The translations under genes were made by a program, and so were the position numbers. A DNA stretch of 64,000 bases from assembly GCA_041742965.1 (NCBI GenBank), contig JBGTNQ010000003.1:12483-76482 (forward strand). Reading direction: 5' to 3'. The notes beneath the pieces were generated by a model. That model was not told the DNA's origin. It saw only the letters and a program-made list of their open reading frames with translations, and did not search any database. The stretch comes from Minisyncoccia bacterium (lineage in GTDB: Bacteria; Patescibacteriota; Minisyncoccia; Phycocordibacterales; Zambryskibacteraceae). This document shows positions 59,357 through 64,000 of the stretch, in pieces (positions within the stretch are counted from its first letter, which is position 1; each line of letters begins with the position of its first letter).

Positions 59357-60326
59357 TTTAAATCCAAAACTTTTTGATGAAGACGTAGAGCAAATGCCAA
59401 TTCGCAAGGGATTCGGCGAAGGGCTTTTAATTGCTGGAGAAAATGACGAGAATGTTGTAGGTCTTTGCGCAGACTTAACAGAGTCCACCCAAATGCATCT
59501 TTTTAGAAATAAGTTTCCAGAAAGATTTATTCAGGTGGGTGTGGCTGAGCAAAACTTGGCATCTGTGGCTTCTGGCATGTCAGCCATGGGTAAAATCCCT
59601 TTTATTACTTCATACGCAATGTTTTCTCCAGGAAGAAACTGGGAGCAGATTCGTACTACTATTTGCTATAACGACAGACCGGTAAAAATCGCAGGAAGCC
59701 ATGCTGGTATTTCTGTGGGTCCAGATGGTGGTACTCACCAAGCGGTTGAAGATATTGCCATCACTAGAGTTATTCCAAATATGGTGGTGATATCTCCATG
59801 TGATGCTATAGAAGCTAAGAAAGCGACCATAGCGTCTGCTAAGACAAATACACCAGTTTACATTCGTCTAGCTCGAGAAAAAACTCCAATTATTACTACG
59901 GAAGACACGCCATTTGAAATAGGAAAAGCTCAAATATTTTTTGAATCAGAAAATCCTCAAGTGACAATCGTAGCTACGGGAGCTCTGGTATTCAAGGCTC
60001 TTTCGGTTGCTAAAAAGTTAGAAGAAGAAGGTATTGGCTCAATTGTTATAAATCTTTCGACAATTAAACCGCTTGATAAAGAGACTATTCTCTCAGCTGT
60101 AAAGCGGGCGCCAAAGGTAGTGACGGTAGAAGAGCACCAAGTTGCTGGTGGCATGGGCTCTGCTGTATCAGAAATGCTCTCAGAAAATTTTCCTGTACCA
60201 CAAGAGTTTGTGGGGGTAAGGGACAAGTTTGGTCAATCCGGCACTCCGGAAGAACTAATAGAACACTATGGTATGGGGGAGACACATATTATGGAAGCAG
60301 TTAGGAAAGTCATTAGTAGACAGTAG
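59349..60326 (+). CDS. Transketolase, C-terminal subunit
   Basis: GVAEQN, GPDGGTHQ, VEEH. Confidence 0.94.
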   Translation: MINLNPKLFDEDVEQMPIRKGFGEGLLIAGENDENVVGLCADLTESTQMHLFRNKFPERFIQVGVAEQNLASVASGMSAMGKIPFITSYAMFSPGRNWEQIRTTICYNDRPVKIAGSHAGISVGPDGGTHQAVEDIAITRVIPNMVVISPCDAIEAKKATIASAKTNTPVYIRLAREKTPIITTEDTPFEIGKAQIFFESENPQVTIVATGALVFKALSVAKKLEEEGIGSIVINLSTIKPLDKETILSAVKRAPKVVTVEEHQVAGGMGSAVSEMLSENFPVPQEFVGVRDKFGQSGTPEELIEHYGMGETHIMEAVRKVISRQ

Positions 60327-60379
60327 GCAGTAAAAACATTCCAATATTCTCAAGAATGTTGGAATGTTCTTAGATAAAA

Positions 60380-60604
60380 ATGGAAATACGAAAGGGGATT
60401 TATAAACATTCAAAATCTGGAAAAGAATACAGAGTTATTAATTTGGCTAAACACTCCGAAACTCTGGAGGATATGGTCGTCTACGAAACTCTTTATGAAA
60501 ATGAAGCTTCAAAAGTTTGGGTCAGGTCACTTAGTATGTTCGTTGAAGATGTTTTAATTGACGGAGTTAAAAAACCAAGATTTGTTTTTGTGAGGGATAA
60601 TTAG
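60380..60604 (+). CDS. DUF1653 family protein
   Basis: GIYKH.K...Y, AKHSET, WVR...MF, RF. Confidence 0.88.
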   Translation: MEIRKGIYKHSKSGKEYRVINLAKHSETLEDMVVYETLYENEASKVWVRSLSMFVEDVLIDGVKKPRFVFVRDN

Positions 60605-60606
60605 TA

Positions 60607-61605
60607 TTAATCCACAAGTTTTGGTCTGTATTCAGCGGGGGCATTTTGAAGTAACACTTCAAGTTTTTCTCGGGTGAGGAGCCCTCTTTGTGCTCCAATA
60701 TCCTGAACCACAGACATTGAGTTTATAGGTCCCCACGATAGTGCCTGAGGGATACTTAGTCCCAATACTAGAGCTACTGTGAATGTGGAAGCGAAGGCGT
60801 CTCCGGCACCAGTTCTCTCAAAAGGGGGCTTTGGATCTGGGTATGTTGGCATAAACCAGACCTCTATTCCATCATAAGCATATGCACCTCGAGGGCCATC
60901 GGTTATAACGGTGATCTTGGGGCCAAGCGCTGACATTTTCATACATAGCTCTTTTATGGATATGTTTTCTTTTATATCAAGGATTCTTTTTGCTTCTTCA
61001 ACATTGCAAAAGAAAACTTCCGTAAGTTTATATAATTCCGCCAATTTTTCCTTTCCAAGTTTCATTTGAAATGTTCCAGGTTGAAAAGCCAGTTTTACTG
61101 TCGGATGAAGTTTGAGATACCTCGCTATTTCTTCGTGAAAAGGAAGGGAGTTTTCAGCCAAAGAAGAGAGATATAGCCACTTCGGTGTTCCAATATCGGG
61201 TAGGGAATATTCAAATTCCTCGTGTTTTACCAAGATGGTTCTCTCATCTTCATACCACAACACATAATGATAGTTTGTATCCTTATCGTCGTGGGTTTTT
61301 ATGAATTCTGTTCCAACACCTTCTTTTTCTAGGACCTCTATGCATTCTGTGCCGTTTAAGTCTTTTCCTACATTGGAAACTAATGCTGAGCTTACTCCAA
61401 GTCTTGAAGCGGATACTGCGGCATTAGGGCTATTTCCGACAGCTCGAATGACATCTACTGATTGAAAGGGGACTTTATCCCCGAATGCTATACAGAGTTT
61501 GCAATCTTCTTTGTTTATATCACAGTTTACACTAGCGTCTTTTAGTCGGATAAATGCGTCAGTCACAATGTCTCCAATAGCGACAAAATCATAGTTTTTA
61601 TTCAT
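60607..61605 (-). CDS. PfkB-family carbohydrate kinase
   Basis: GNSPNAAV, TGAGDAF. Confidence 0.92.
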   Translation of the reverse strand: MNKNYDFVAIGDIVTDAFIRLKDASVNCDINKEDCKLCIAFGDKVPFQSVDVIRAVGNSPNAAVSASRLGVSSALVSNVGKDLNGTECIEVLEKEGVGTEFIKTHDDKDTNYHYVLWYEDERTILVKHEEFEYSLPDIGTPKWLYLSSLAENSLPFHEEIARYLKLHPTVKLAFQPGTFQMKLGKEKLAELYKLTEVFFCNVEEAKRILDIKENISIKELCMKMSALGPKITVITDGPRGAYAYDGIEVWFMPTYPDPKPPFERTGAGDAFASTFTVALVLGLSIPQALSWGPINSMSVVQDIGAQRGLLTREKLEVLLQNAPAEYRPKLVD

Positions 61606-61657
61606 AAAATAATTATAGCATGTCCGTTTTTGCTCTGTGGTATAATTGCTTCAATGA

Positions 61658-61779
61658 ATCCCGTTAGAAGTTATTCGGTTTGTTGAGTTACGGGATGTAT
61701 CAAAAAAGAGCAATTTTATATAGTCGTTATTTATTATATTAATTACAGAAATCTAAAGATTTCTTACTTCTAACGGGAT
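61658..61779. mobile_element. MITE-like element with 14-bp terminal inverted repeats
   Basis: atcccgttagaagt ... acttctaacgggat; ATGA on both sides. Confidence 0.6.
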
Positions 61780-62647
61780 GAAAACTTTAAGAGAATACGT
61801 GAAAGACGCAGATTCACAACATGTCGCTGTTGGTCATTTTAATATTTCAAACATTGAAGGCGTGTGGGCTGTCGCCAGGGCCGGAAAATCTTTGGGACTT
61901 CCTGTGATTATTGGGGTTTCTGAAGGGGAGAGGGACTTTGTCGGTCCAGCTCAAGTGAGAGCTGTGGTTTCAAGTATTCGCGACGAACTTAATCATCCGA
62001 TATTTCTAAATGCTGACCATACATATTCTGTTGAGCGTGTTAAAGAGGCGATTGATTTAGGTTTTGATTCTGTAATTTTTGATGGCGCCAAACTTTCTTT
62101 GGAGGAAAATATAAAATCTACTAAAGAGTGTGTCGAATATGCTCGAAGCAAAGATAGGGACATTCTTGTAGAGGGAGAGTTGGGCTATATTGGGCAGTCA
62201 TCAAAGTTGCTGGACGAAATTCCAGAAGGGGTCAGTTTCGGAGCAGAGTCACTAACAAGCCCAGAAGAAGCAAGGGATTTTGTGGAAAAGACAGGTATTG
62301 ATCTTTTGGCGCCAGCCGTTGGTAATATGCACGGGATGATTAAGGGTGGAGGAGGTGGTTTACATCTTGATATAGAGAGAGTTAAAGCAATAAGAGATAC
62401 AGCTGGTGTGCCCCTAGTTCTTCATGGTGGTTCGGGAAACTCAAAAGAGGACTTTATAAACTCTATAAAAGCTGGCGTGTCGATAGTGCATATAAATACA
62501 GAACTCCGTTTGACTTTTCGTGATGCCTTAAAAAGAGAACTTCAGGAAAATCCCGAAGAAATAGCTCCTTATAAATTTATGAAACCATCCCTCCTTGCAA
62601 TGCAGAAACTTGTAGAAGAAAAAATTTCACTTTTTAATCAAAAATAA
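61778..62647 (+). CDS. fba: Class II fructose-bisphosphate aldolase
   Basis: NADH, VEGELG, GNMHG, LVLHGGSG, INTE. Confidence 0.94.
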   Translation: MKTLREYVKDADSQHVAVGHFNISNIEGVWAVARAGKSLGLPVIIGVSEGERDFVGPAQVRAVVSSIRDELNHPIFLNADHTYSVERVKEAIDLGFDSVIFDGAKLSLEENIKSTKECVEYARSKDRDILVEGELGYIGQSSKLLDEIPEGVSFGAESLTSPEEARDFVEKTGIDLLAPAVGNMHGMIKGGGGGLHLDIERVKAIRDTAGVPLVLHGGSGNSKEDFINSIKAGVSIVHINTELRLTFRDALKRELQENPEEIAPYKFMKPSLLAMQKLVEEKISLFNQK

Positions 62648-62649
62648 TA

Positions 62650-64000
62650 ATGTTCGAGGATTTAAAGAAACTAATCAGTGGAGACCTGCAGACCGACGAA
62701 GACACATTGACTAAATATAGTCATGACGCTTCTTTGTTTGAGGTTCGTCCTAAAGCAGTTATACATCCAAAGGGGAGTGAGGATGTTAAAGCAGTAGTGA
62801 GCTTTGTCTCTCAAAATAAAAAGGACAATCCAGAGCTTTCTATTACAGCTCGTTCTGCTGGTACATGTATGTCTGGGGGCTCGATTAATGAATCTTTGAT
62901 TTTTGACTTTACCACGCATATGAATGGTATTATAGGTTTTTCTGGTGAATCTGTGACGGTTCTTCCTGGGACTTTCTATAGGGATTTTGAGAAGGAAACC
63001 CTGTCTCGAGGGCTTATTTTGCCATGCTTTACAGCCTCAAAAAATATCTGCGCTTTGGGTGGAATGATAGGAAACAACTGTGCCGGAGAAAAGACGCTTC
63101 GTTATGGAAAAATGGAAAGGTATATTGAGTCACTCAAAGTTGTATTTTCTGATGGCAATGAGTACGAAGTCAGGCCTCTCTCGAAAGTTGAACTTGATAA
63201 AAAAATTGTCCAAAATGATTTTGAGGGTGATTTGTATAAGAAAACCTACAACCTAATACAAAACAACCAACAAATCATAAAGGATGCCAAACCGAATGTT
63301 TCAAAGAATTCTGCCGGTTATTATCTTTGGAATGTCTGGGATGGAAAAACTTTTGATCTCACAAAACTTATTGTTGGTTCCCAAGGTACACTAGGCATTG
63401 TTACAGAAGCTAAACTCAAGCTTGTACCAGTGAAGGAAAAAACAAAACTTTTTGTTATATTCTTGCGGGATCTCACCCATTTAAGCGAACTTGTTAATGA
63501 AATTTTGCCATTAGATCCAGAAAGCGTTGAGTCTTATGATGATCAAACTTTGGGACTTGCGGTTAGGTTTTTTCCAGAGATGTTTAAAACAATGAAATCA
63601 GGCTTTTTGAAGCTTATATGGAGCTTTTTACCCGAGGCGGGAATGATGCTTACTGGTGGAATACCAAAGCTAATTGTTCTTGTTGAGTTTACTGAGAAAT
63701 CAGAAGAAGAAATAGATAGCAAAATCTCGCAACTCGAATCTAAGATCAAACATTTTGGTTTTAAAACACACACAGCCCACTCTGTTGAAGAGGCAGAGAA
63801 ATATTGGACTATTAGAAGAGAGAGTTTCAATCTTTTAAGAAAACATGTTCGTGGAAAGAGAACAGCTCCTTTTATAGATGATGTTATTGTAAGGCCCGAA
63901 TATCTTCCAGAATTTATTCCAAAAATGAGAAAAATCTTGAATGATTACAAACTTGTCTATACAATCGCAGGGCACGCTGGAAATGGAAACTTCCACATTA
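62650..64000 (+). CDS. FAD-binding oxidoreductase (GlcD/D-lactate dehydrogenase-like), truncated by window end
   Basis: YSHDAS, RSAGT.M.G, GGMIGNN, GSQGTLG, GHAGNGNFH; not in the ORF track because it lacks a stop. Confidence 0.88.
   Translation, partial: MFEDLKKLISGDLQTDEDTLTKYSHDASLFEVRPKAVIHPKGSEDVKAVVSFVSQNKKDNPELSITARSAGTCMSGGSINESLIFDFTTHMNGIIGFSGESVTVLPGTFYRDFEKETLSRGLILPCFTASKNICALGGMIGNNCAGEKTLRYGKMERYIESLKVVFSDGNEYEVRPLSKVELDKKIVQNDFEGDLYKKTYNLIQNNQQIIKDAKPNVSKNSAGYYLWNVWDGKTFDLTKLIVGSQGTLGIVTEAKLKLVPVKEKTKLFVIFLRDLTHLSELVNEILPLDPESVESYDDQTLGLAVRFFPEMFKTMKSGFLKLIWSFLPEAGMMLTGGIPKLIVLVEFTEKSEEEIDSKISQLESKIKHFGFKTHTAHSVEEAEKYWTIRRESFNLLRKHVRGKRTAPFIDDVIVRPEYLPEFIPKMRKILNDYKLVYTIAGHAGNGNFHI

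Overview
Bacterial chromosomal segment (genetic code 11) whose gene content points to a Patescibacteria/CPR (Parcubacteria-like) genome: a type IV pilin cluster with prepilin peptidase, ligA, gatCA, prfB, ftsEX, rnj, secG, groESL, lemA-htpX, a VirD4/DUF87-like ATPase, nrdAB and a pentose-phosphate/glycolysis block, with many apparently leaderless genes. Seven tRNA genes are present, and accessory DNA clusters at their 3' ends. Best candidates for undescribed biology: (1) an integrase-less array of six single-gene cassettes behind tRNA-Asp, delimited by recurring GTTCTAAC...GTTGCGCA / hairpin / TTNGAAC motifs; (2) a structured element built from an inverted T-arm copy plus a direct repeat of the host tRNA tail, found at tRNA-Asp (twice) and tRNA-Gln; (3) a free-standing ~220-nt RNA upstream of prfB that reproduces 16S rRNA helix 24 (790 loop) and helix 27; (4) a minimal RiPP locus with an RRE-dehydrogenase-YcaO fusion and an unannotated 36-aa Cys/Ser/Gly-rich precursor; (5) a 187-nt group I intron in tRNA-Thr(GGT) next to a free-standing HNH nuclease. 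All calls were made by eye with no database searches; coordinates of non-ORF features may be off by a few bases.
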